A DNA stretch of 64,000 bases, taken from contig QPMI01000494.1 of the NCBI GenBank assembly GCA_004431415.1, positions 434,001-498,000 of the forward strand. The letters run 5' to 3'. Both the position numbers and the translations under genes were made by a program. This document shows positions 1 to 12,100 of this stretch, one piece after another; the first letter of the stretch is position 1, and each line of letters opens with the position of its first letter. Under the pieces are notes generated by a model. That model was given only the letters and a program-made list of their open reading frames with translations. It was not told the DNA's origin and searched no databases. The DNA comes from Cyanophora paradoxa CCMP329. Its lineage: Eukaryota > Plantae > Glaucophyta.

Positions 1-142
1 AAGCCGTCGACGGTCCGGTCACCGGGTGTGCGAGCGCTCGGCGAGCCGCGAGTCCCGCGACCCGCGGAACTCGAGCGCACGACTCGCGGCAAGAGACAGT
101 GGACTGAGCGCGCCGCGGCGATCTGAACTTAGCCCAGTCGTC

Positions 143-3100
143 ATGGGCCGCCGCCGATCTGGATCCGTATCCGCGCTAGCTGCGGCGTCGGCCGCAGCCG
201 TGATTGTCGTGCTGACGCTTGCGATTGCAAACGTGCCGACGTGCTCCGGAGCCTCTGCGGGCGTAGGCGCCAATTTCGATGTGCCCACAGCTGAGTATGC
301 AGCCGGCGGCTGCAGCGTCGAGGAACGCCTCATCCGCTGGTACACGTTCTTCGAGGCCGCCGGCCACATAGACATGCATGCGGAGTCATCCGCCGTTACC
401 TGCGCATCGCAATCCCGCGCTGAAACCGACGATCGCGATCATTATATGGTGGGTTGCGTTCGCTGAATGCATGAGACTAATTTGTGTCTATATTACGGTT
501 TTGCAGCTGCGGGGTGCCCACATCACGGCCGCGGATAACTCGGTGGGTTCCCCATCTCCGGATTTCGATTAAAATACTGTATACGTAGCTATAGCTGGCG
601 TCTCGGTTCGCCGTAGCGGCTTGCAATTGATGGCTTTCTGTTCTGCAGGTGGCGCCGGCTGTGCACATCTCTTCGGATTTGGACAGCAGCAATGGCTTCC
701 TCGCCTCACCTTTAACTTCGAAGGCCAACGTTGCACATGATCGTGAGCAAGCTGGAGCCCGCAAGTTTAAGCGCCCGCTTCGTATCTCGGCCGAGTCGAT
801 CATGCACAAGGCGCCGACGGGTTCAACGTGCAGTAATCGTCAAAAGAAGTACGGTACGACGAGCGAGCCGGGGTGGGAGTGCGACTACTGCAACCTTCCC
901 TACCAAGCTTCATACGGGGACTGGGTCGGAACGTTCTGTCTCAGCACTCTTTGCACGCACGACCAGGTCATCGTGACGGGCTACAACGGCAACGCCACGG
1001 ACCTGAGGCCCGAATGCTACTGCAACACGACGGCGTTCAACGAGGTCGGCGGCCGCTGCATGGACCCCTCCATCACACCGTCACCTTCCCCGAGCCCAAG
1101 CCCGAGCGCGAGCGCGAGCCCGTGCGTGCCTGCCTCATTTGTGATAACAGTAATTACGGTTTACGGGGTCTTGATGACTGATGCAACTGTACCACAAGGT
1201 CACCTTCCCCGTCGTCCTTGGCCAGCCCCTCGCCGTCCCCTAGCACCGCTTCTGAGCCCACGGCCGCGCCTTCTCCCGCGGGCCCTTCGCCGAGCCCGTC
1301 CGCGCTCGCACCGTTGACGGCGACGGCAACCGCGTCTCCCAGCCCCTCCCCGATCGGAAGCCCAGCGCCTACATCCCCACCCCAGGTATTTTACCGAAGA
1401 ACTCTACATATATATGCAGAACCTAATAGCCCACAGCCTTCAGGACCCACACCTTCAGGACCCACACCTTCGCCGATCCCAGCTCCGGTGCGTTCGCGAT
1501 GACACTGTTTCGAGTCGGTGTACATGTCTCCGTTCCGTCTGAAAGTAAATTTCGGTCGATTAATATCGCCGACAGAAATTCATTACGATCAACAAAAATA
1601 ATCTCACGGCGGAGGTTACTGTCGGCAAGACACAGGCAAGTCTTTATTTTATCTCGAGATTTGGTGGTCAACGATTTGCTGATGAAGCTATTCCCATGAT
1701 CAGTTCAAGTTGTCCGAGTTCAAGATCGAGACAGTGTGCACTGCAGTAATTGAAATCGAAATTACCGCGGCCGGATCTGAATACCCCTTTTTCAGGATTC
1801 AGACAACATCGTTGTCTACGCTGTGACGCTCCCGGCCGCTTTTGTTACTGTTCCTCAGGTCCGCGGACGCCAGTGCAAGCGTCTGCAATTGATTTCATCC
1901 GATTTGCATTTTCCTCACTGCGCATGCATATTTTAGGCAGGCTCCGGCTCCTCGGATTCCATCACTGTACCAGTGACTGGAGTTGTGAACGTGCGCCTAG
2001 TGCACGATTCCGTGTATTCGTCTGTAAGCACGCTAGTACTCGTACTCACGTGCACGTGTATTTGCGCGCAGCCCGGCAAAAAATGAGAGAGGACCTGATT
2101 CTGTGGCCCGCACCTCTTTCTCACCCTCACTCCTCCAAACCACCCCAACCCACACACTCCAACGCCTTCCAACACACATTCTCTTCCAATCCTTCGTTAC
2201 GTCTACCACCACAACCTCTCCAAACCAACCATCCAGCAACCGCTAGGTAGTATCTAACGTCTAGTCCGATCGATTTTGCAAAAGATATAGCAGTGATTTT
2301 AGGCGGGAGCGTCAGCCAGAAGGCTTCCTGCTCTTCGAGCCCCAAAGCGCTGGTCTCGGAATAATCTTCAACATCATCTAGACGTTAATTGTGTGTATTT
2401 CGAATCTAAAAAACAAAGAGGTTTCAAGGGTTATGCTACACGTAATTACTATATCATCGGAATCTAATTACATACTCGAGTTCAGGTTCTAGCTAGACGC
2501 TAATTATTCCCACCGATGACGTAGTCCAAGTTTAGTGAAACCACTTAACATTGGTTTGTATTCGATCGACGGCCCGACAGGATCAGCGCTGCTAGAGGCG
2601 ATGCGCAAGATCGATGTGTTTGCTACAGGTAATTCGCTAGCATTCTCATCCACCTCGGGGATTGCGACGATCGTCTTAGCAGGAACAGCAGATGATGGAG
2701 GAGAAAGCTTTTTATCAATTTTGGTCTTAGCAATCGGTTCGTTTAAAATCTTGTTTTCCATTTTAGTCTCAACCGCTATACCAGCAATAAGATCACCAGC
2801 ACGCTTCTTTGAAATTGTTTTCAACCCAGTCACTGTTTTAATGAAATATCTGCTACGATTACCAGTCTCTGATACATACAGCGGACCATCGTCAGTATCC
2901 TTCAGTTTACTAGTTTTGCTTTTCTTTGTCCGTGAATTTGGGATATTATCTAGAATAGCGTTTTCGTCGGCAGTAAGAGCAAAATCGATAGACGCACCCT
3001 CACCACCAGCAGTCCGACGAACTAAAGGATAGGATTCAGTATCACCGCTCAAAAATTCAATATTATTCTTTTTATTGGGTGAGTTTGTAAGTTTTCTAGA

Positions 3101-6100
3101 AGCCGAAGGCAAGTAGCCACTTGTGCTACGCACCATTTGTTTTAAATAAGGAACAGAAAAAAGTCGACAGACAAGCTGCCTCGGCTGCGCATTCGCGAAA
3201 GTGAATTTAAGCAAAACTGCGATAAAACGGATGAAACTCACTATCTGTGTTTCTGATTGACGAGCGAAGTGATGCCTTTGTGTATGAAGAATCTTCAATT
3301 TCGAACTCGATAACGAATGAGAATTCAGTGTTAATAGCTGCAGTAAATCCATTAAAATAACGTATTGACACATCAAGTTGTTCTAACTCAGAATTATGAT
3401 CGACGGAAACAGGAACACGTTCATCAGATGTATATTTGATAAGCTCTCCAAATTTCGCATCGATATGAATCTTTGCCAACGATGTGTTTGTCCAGTTATT
3501 TATTGTGTGAATCGAACCACGAATCTGATCGATATGTAGGAAGAGATAAGTATGATAAAGAAGATCAACAGGTATATCGCCAACGATAGCAAACGCATAA
3601 TCAACAGCATCAACTGTGATTGGAGTATCCAGCTGTTCTGCGGAATCTGTAACAGCCTTTGTGAAGCCGAGCAGATTTGCGAGTTCAAGAGTGGAAAACG
3701 TCAGAGTAAACTCCGATTCACACAAGATTGTGATTTTCATTGAAACATCATCAAAAACCGTTAAGAACTTGCGTTGGTAAGTACTCGCCAAATAACTGTA
3801 TTGTTGTGTTTTCAAAAGAACGTTCATATAATTCGTAAGAGATGTTGGAGTATATGATCCAGCTCGAAATAGGTTCGTTCTGGTTTTAATTACATTGCTA
3901 GGATCGAGCGTAATGGTTGTTATTGAAGCATCAGCAGCTAGATTATACATATTGTGAAAAAGTTCTAGCGATTCAATTCTAGCCGACTTCACGTTTGCTA
4001 ACGCCCGAGGTAGATTAATTTTGAAATTCGAGGACGTGCCTTCGAACCGATCTCTAGAATCAACATTTACGCGGAGTTTCATCTTTACAACAATATACGT
4101 GAAAATATTCTGTAATATATTATCAAATGGCGCAAGCAGGAACTACTCTGAAAGAGCTCCTAACAACCAAAGGATCGAACGAGCTTTATCTATCGCCAGG
4201 TCTAACTGTCGGTGTTAGCCCAAAGTTTAAGCCTTTCCTTGAGACGATCCGTCCGCGAGGCAACTCATACGGATTCGCACAGACTGCTGCTTTCGACCTT
4301 CCGCGCAAGCAACTTCTAAATGGCGTCTCCCTATATTTTAAGGTAACAGTCGCTGGTGGAGCTGCCGCTTCGGTTCTTCCTAATGGTGCTGGTGCATTTA
4401 TTGAAAACGTACGCTTTGTTCATGGATCTTTCAAAATGGTAATTCCCGGTGATTGGCTTACAGTGAACGCACTGATTGATAACAGCGTCGCATCCGCCCA
4501 AGCTTTTGCTAGCAGCTACGGCTTTGGAAAAGACGCAGCTCTAGAGATTCTCGATGCTAGCCGAGAGTACGTGCTGAAGATCCCATCACAGCTTTGGGAC
4601 AATTCATATTTCCCTCTGCTAGCACTTGCGGATATGCCAACCGTCGAGATTGACTTCCGTTCGGCTGGTGTGATTGGAACTGTTGCTGATGCTATTGCGA
4701 CTCTAACGGATTGTGCCCTGGTTTGTCAGTTCGTGAATATTCCTAGCGAAGAGGCAGAGTCTATGCTAAAATCTGCGAACGAGTCTGGCGGTATTAGAAT
4801 TCCCTTTACTGAAATCATTTCAAAGCGCTCACGCCAGCTTAAGACGGACGACGCAGGAAACGCTGTCGAAATATCCCTTGCTAACGTTAGCGGCCTTGTG
4901 CACGCGATCCTGATGACAGTGCGTAATGCGAATCACCTGGGCACTCGCAATCATAATTCATTTGCCGGTAACGGTAACGCTTTGAAGATTGATTCGTTTG
5001 AGATCATGCACAATAATCGCACTCTCGATATCAGTAATAAGCCAATCTCTGGATTTGTTTCGAGCTGCTATCATATCCCAACTCAATATCGCGGAGCAAC
5101 AACTGGTAATTCAGCCCTTGGTTTTGAAGACGGAAATGTCTATGGTATTGTGCTTTCGAAATCTGGCAAAGACTCCCTCCACAACGCTGTCCTCGGCTAC
5201 ACAGACTTCTTCAACTCAAGCAGCAGCTACTGCTCCCTCACTGTCACCGGATGTACAAACACCGCACCAGCTGTAGTCGATTTTCACGTCCTGCGCCACA
5301 ACGTTCTCGTAATTAATTCATATCAAATGTCGACTCTAAAAGTAAGTAACTTCTAAAATGGATATCAAATTGTTTGATCCAGCAGAAGTAAAACTTCCTA
5401 AACGGTTCTTGTTTGTCGGCCCCACCAACTCGGGCAAAAGCACCTACGTAAAACACGTATTAAATGCTGTAGCAAATCAGCTAGACGATATTTACGTCTT
5501 CAGCACAACGGCATTTACAGAACAGTGGGACGATACCACTCGCAAGAGCAATATTTATGAAGAATGGGATACAGTTTTGGTTGAAGAACTTTTAGAACGT
5601 CAAAAAGAAAGACGACGCAAGAAAGATGATCGAAAAATAGCAATTGTTTTAGATGACTTGCTTGATAATGACCTAGTAAACGTCCACAGTGACCGATTAA
5701 TGCAAAAGCTTTTTACTAGCGGAAGACATTACAATATATCGCTCTTTATCACGACACAACGTCTATGTGGCATTAGTCCGACGATTCGGCGAAATTGCGA
5801 ATATGTATGCTTTTCGTCGATTCTATCGAATATTAAAGAGTTCGATTGCGTCTTTGCCGAATACAACGCCGGAGCGAGTCGAGCAGTTTTAATGCGTCTT
5901 TTCCTTGAATGGGGTCATTCGTATCAGGTTTTGATATTTGAAGCCGCGACCGTGGACCGCGTCTACTCTGTTGATAAATCTTCTGGAGATTTTTCGGCTC
6001 TATCAAGCTTTTTACACGCAAGAAAGCGGCCCGGTCGAAAGCCGGCAACCAATCTTGTCTAAGCAACCAACTAGTATATTCTGGTTTAGCTGAGGCAATC

Positions 6101-9100
6101 CACAAATAGCTTGCGCCCTTGTAAATGCCGAAGCTGATGCAGTGACTTGGGGTGAGTTGACTCCTGCCTGGCCAAAATTCTTCTAGATTTAACTCTTCCT
6201 CTGTCGTTTCGAGTTCGAGTTCCATTAAAAAGATAAAGGGGTGTTATTCCCTTCAATCAAACCTGTGGAAAGTTCAGACGCAGGAACGGCTTATCATCTT
6301 CACTTGTGTGTTCTAGAGCGTAAGCATCACGAGCACGAGCAGCGGCTTCGGCAGTAGTATAGTAGCCAATGTGCTTATTGCGGCCATTTATCATATATCG
6401 CGCATACCATTTTCCACGCTGCTGATTGAAGCAAACACCAATGAATCCTGATGTGTTTGTGACCCGCCGGTTCTGGTTCAGCCGTTGCTGCCGCTTTGTT
6501 GCCAAACGAAGATTCTCACGACGATTGTCCAGCTTGTTCAGATTTATATGATCGATAGTTAAACCGTTCTCCAACTCACCGCTGATGAAATTATGCAAAT
6601 ACACGGTCTTTCTATTGATCGTGGTGCAAGCATATCCATTTATTAAACTCCAGCGAAATCCAAGCACGCGCTGAGAATCGTCTTGACTGACTAATGCATA
6701 GGCGACAATTACTCGACGATGATTGTGGATTCCACCAAGCGGGATTGCTACAGCGCCTTCAGGAATTGCGACCTCCATATTTCTTCTTTTTTGTTACATT
6801 TACAGATTGCATTATCTTTAAGCCTAAAAAGTCGCGCTAATTTGTTATAAAAGGATTTATGTCTCATATTATTGAGATATAAGCGAACAATGAGTTCTGC
6901 AGATTATACTGCTGTAAAGCGTGGCCGTGGACGTCCGCCAAAGGTTCGTCTTTTGACAATGGATTCATATGAACCAAAGAAGAAGGGTCGTAAGCCAATA
7001 GAGGTAACACCGGAGATTTTAGCAGAGCGACGCAGAAAGAATGCTGAACGGAATCGTAAACTACGTCATACGAACGAAACATATCGTTTGAAACAGCTTG
7101 CCATCACAGCAAAATATCGAGCTGAAAATCCTGATCGTATTCGGGAGTACCACAGAAATGCTATTTCGCGTAGATGTCTTGCTAAAGACGTTGCTTAGCA
7201 CCAGCTCTAAGCTTTGGCTCTCCTGCAATCTCAAGCTTCTTGAGCTCTCGATCCTTCCGGTTTTGGCCGCTGTATTTTTTCGTTTCGATCAATCCCTCGC
7301 GTCTCAATCGTCTCTGCTGTCGCATTTTCACTTCTTCTTTTTCGATTCGTGTTTGATCAGGGAGATCACGAGGTTGACGTATTTCAGATGGTTTAACACG
7401 CCTAGAAATTTCCACACCTTGCTTTGTAATTAACCTAACGCGGTTCTTATCAGCGCCAGCAACTATGTACGTCTCTTTGCTTGGTTTTGCCAGACCCTTC
7501 GCAAAAACACTGCTCTTTGGCTCAAGGATCTGCACCTCCGTGCCAGGTTTAGGCATTTTTGTGTTCTCTCGTTCAATATCGTTCTGTCGCTGTCGCACTT
7601 GGTGAAGCTGTTCGGCAACCTGTGTATTTTCACGCATCCACGTTGGTGATCGCTCCTCGCCAAATGCACTGTGGGCTGTCTCATTGTACGCCTTGACAAT
7701 TGCCGGCAAACGTGAGAGGAAATGCGGTGATCCACGTGCTTCAGTGTCAGCTTGGATAAGTGCTCGCAATGTCCTAGCGAACCTGTCGATAATTCCAAGT
7801 TTGTTACCTTTAGAAATGTGGTCATCTTTGGCAACATCAGTGTGTATTTTCAACGAGTTCTCTTCGACCATTGCCCGAATCGCAGCTGTGTTAAAACCGT
7901 TGTCGGCGGAGAAACCCCAGATCCCTGGCAGTTGCTCAATCATTTTTGGAAGTTGTTTGAATGTTTCTATTTTTCGAACGATAGCGAAACGGGTTGCAAT
8001 TTCTACGGCCGCAAACAGGCGATATCTCCCAATAAATAATACATCAATTTGCCATGCACCAGGTGGCGCTGTTAGAGTGTACATCCTTATTATTCAGACA
8101 CGATTTTTGTAATGCCCAATAGCCCAGGTGTTGATTTTATCATTATCTAGAAAACGCTTCGTATCTAGCGGATGCAACGCTTGACGAGAGGTATTTTGCA
8201 GATATATTTCATGTCGTTTCGAACGGAAACCGAGAATTCCTTTGATATCATACGATTGTTTTTCTCCTTTTTTTGGGCAGACACACCGGAGGAATACATC
8301 CCTTGTGAGTCTGTTGTAATATGTTTTTTGAATACCTTTGCACACCTGCTTATCTGTGGAATCTTCACGCGAATAATAGTAAGATTTCGGCCGGTTAGCG
8401 ATCCACTCTGTCATTTGTAGACCATGAAGCTCATCCTTGAATAATCCCGGAGTTTTCCCCATCGATCGTAGAGCTCGAACCTCATCGGCTGTCATGCCAT
8501 CAAAGAATCGATGTGTCTCTGGGTAGTCGCTAACATCCAGCTCATGCTTGATTGAGCGTAAATCAGCATAGATATCTTTGGTGCGAACCTCGATGATGAG
8601 ACTGTCAGTATCAGTTCCAAGTAGCTTAAGCCGATGACCCCAAAGCGGTTTGAGCACCTGATAGTAGAAGCGATACATGTGCAGCTTGGACAATTCGAGA
8701 ATGACAAATCCACAGTAAATTGGTTTATTTAAATTATACTCACTTTTTCGCTTGGAAACGAATACAAGGTTCTCTTCGTACATCACCACCTGCTTCAACC
8801 GATTTGGTTCGCTGTTTATCTTTGCCAAACGATCACCAGATGTAACAAGCTCGGAGAAACAGTGTTTTCTCACGTTCTCCATCGTCTTTCCGAATACACT
8901 GTTATTCATTAACTTGAAGAGATCCTGTTTGTATTTGTGATCAGCACGCTTGCGTTCACTTGTATTAAGATCGATGAAATCGTTCAGCCACGCACTTTGT
9001 TCGTACGATAAAACACGGTGGATGTTGGTTACAATCATTCCCAGTGTAGTATAAAGCTTAAGCAAACGCCCATCAACAACATAATTCTTCTTTGGCAACA

Positions 9101-12100
9101 GGTTTGGAACCAATTTTGGGGTTCTTTCGACTGAAGTAAGCTTTTCGTTGTTAATCATATCCTGCTGTTGTTTCGATAGATGATCTATGGACACGCACAT
9201 TCGTTCAGGAGCTAGTGGATAATCTGAGAAATCATCGTGGAGATGGTCAGGCATGTACATATCAACTTCTAGAGCATAGCCACGAGGACCATCAGCGTCA
9301 AGGTTTTCAACGAACTGCATAGCATCAACATCTTGATCGAGTTTTTCCCAGCGGAAACCTCCAGTGGGGAGTTTTTGTTTCATAGCAACGCCATACAGAT
9401 TATTCGCATCAAGGTACATCAGCCACGATTCTTTGCCTGTTTTTTCGTAGTTTTGCACACATTCAATCTGGGTTGCTGATTCATCAGCATGCGTATATTT
9501 TCCAAATTTCTTTAAAATTGTCGCTGCTTTTGCTGCTTTCTTTTTATTCTTTGCAATCACTCTTGAACTCATGTCTTTTACGTGTTTCAGGAACTCGTTA
9601 TCAGCTTTAGCGTATCTCTTTGATATCATGCTGATGCCACCCCTAATTCCTGATTCTATGAATCTATACATATCTTGTTGTCCCTCGTGAAAAAGCTCAA
9701 GCTTAATTCCTGTGCGTTTAAGAGCAGCTTGCCAAGCGAATCCTGGTGATGATATGAAATAGCTTGGATCTAATCCATACGTTTCCATGCATGTATCACG
9801 ATAGTTTTCAAATACATCGGCAAGTAACGAAATGTCAGTATTCATATATTCCATAGTATAGTCTGATATCGTTCTACATGCAAGCTTTCTCCAAACGATC
9901 TGAGCATGTGCGTACTCGTCTTTTGAGCATTTCTTTTGTTTTAGTTCGTTCTTAAAGTATCGACGTACAGGTAGTTCTGTTTCTTGAAAACGTTGCCAGC
10001 TTGATATATAGCTATATGGATATATCCCTTGCTTGTCATCAACTCGAATCTAGTATCATCCGGATACATTGTGCGCGTGATCTTCTTCTTCTCCGCTGGG
10101 ACCGCTTTCGCTAGATCATCCAAACTAGCATTCAAATGTTGCATCGAATCACGAAGTACATAAATTCCATACTTAAACTGTGATATCTTCTCGCTATTCT
10201 GAAAGGTTTGATCAAATTTGATCGAAAGGAGACTCTGCGGGCGGAGCCGGCGTTCGAGCCCCTTCTTAACCTTCTTTTTCTGCTCTGGGGTCATCTCACG
10301 TCCACCGTACTTGCTTTGAAACTCACTTTCGACATGTGCTTGAAACTCAGCCCAAGCTGCTGAACGGCGGTTTTTGCCAGATGCTATTGCTCTCACGAAC
10401 AGGTGAAAGTCAAATCCACGACCATTATGAAAGAATATAGGAACAGCAGCAGATTTTGCACGGCGGCGATTGCAAGCACGACAGGCTGCTCCAATGTATT
10501 TACTTGTATCATGACAGTGATCACGGTGCTTGTCTTTGATATCTTTGAACGTGTTTTTGCACATATAACAGTCTGTCGTTGTTTGAAAACACTGTTCCTC
10601 TTCCGGATTCATCTGGATTGGTACACTTGCTTTGAGAAGTTCTCTAAATTGTGGTTCCATTTCGTCAAGCCATTTTACGAACTTATCAGCACAGTCTTCA
10701 TTCTCGGAACCCATACATTTAAATGAAAACTGTTCGCCTTTCGAAGATACAACCAGACAGCCGACTGAAGCAATCACATGCAAACCTTTTTTTTCGGTCT
10801 TTCCACTAATGCAGGGAATCGGCATTGTAATAGTCTCTGAATCAGCATATCCGACCAGACGTTGGCGGATTGTGTACTCATAGTTAATAAACTTCTGGAT
10901 GTGAGCTCCTTTTTTGGGCAGAACATCTCGTGCGTGTTCATCGCGTTCGAGACAGCGGTCATATTTAAGATGATTTTCAAATGCTTGATCTGAGCTAAAA
11001 CCGACCTGGCAGGCTAAGCAATAGTGCTTTGCATTTGATTCGTTCTTTCGGAACAGTCGTGAGACGCTCTTAATCCAGAGGTAATGCCCAACATCGTTTC
11101 CCTCCCCAGCCGGCACATACAGTATTGGGATTGCGTCTCTCGCAGCACTGATATGGATTGGTATGATATCCTGCTTATCTAGAGCAGTTGTATAAACGCA
11201 GAGTTTGACGTTATTTGCTTGCTCGAATTTGGTGAACATCCTCGAGTCAAGCGGTGTCGGATATGTAAGCATTGAGCAGTCCAGCGATGTCTCGTGCTGG
11301 CGGTAGTTCCCTGCATGCCGAGAATCAACACCTTCGCCCAATGGATTGCGAGCAGAAAGGACTGCGTATTTAAAGCACTCGTTGTTCGGTGCATTTATAT
11401 TGATAAGCGCGTGCTTGTCTGAGAGCCATTTTGGCAGTACAAAGCCTCGGCCACGGCCACCAATCCTTCGGAAATAGCGCACAGTTTTAAAGACCAGATA
11501 CACCCACGTGTCAAATACTGAGGAATCCCTGCTTTTCTCTTCCGAGATCATGTCTAATTCTTCGAGCTGTGAACGCAAGGCCGCCTCAATGCTTGTCCCT
11601 GGTTCGATGCGATCGAAACGACGATGTTCAATAACGATAGCGATCGTAGAATCTGTCTCTGGCTTTCTGTAGACACCCAATCCAGAGATTTGTAGTGCAA
11701 TGCCCATTCTTGACGTCTCTGCAAGATTTACCTGGGCGCTTACGAATGATATAGCATTCTGTTTGAAAAGTTCGTTGTTTTCAAATCTGGCTTGCATTGA
11801 TGTTACACGTCCTGATCCGCGTGGTAGCTGATATTTCCACTCTGCATATCGCCCGTCAAGCGCTGTAGTCGTAGTCCCGTCGTTGATTTGAACATCATCT
11901 CCGACGTCAACCTCAGGCAGCTCGGCAAAGCCACGGACGATCTCTGCCTGCCCCTCTGCGATCGCTAGCTCTAGTCGACGACCTGACACAGGACGCGTTG
12001 GTCTAGGAAGTCGAGATAGTTCGTTCAATAGTGAAGCGTATTTTTCCAACGTTGTATATCTTGTTCTCGATCCTTGCGCTGTAATTCTTAGCAATTTATT

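Noticed and set aside
3137-3376. 5' extensions of ORFs 2504..3376 and 57827..58885
   Set aside because: They overlap neighbouring capsid genes. Internal ATGs at 3136 and 58753 fit the gene packing and motifs better.
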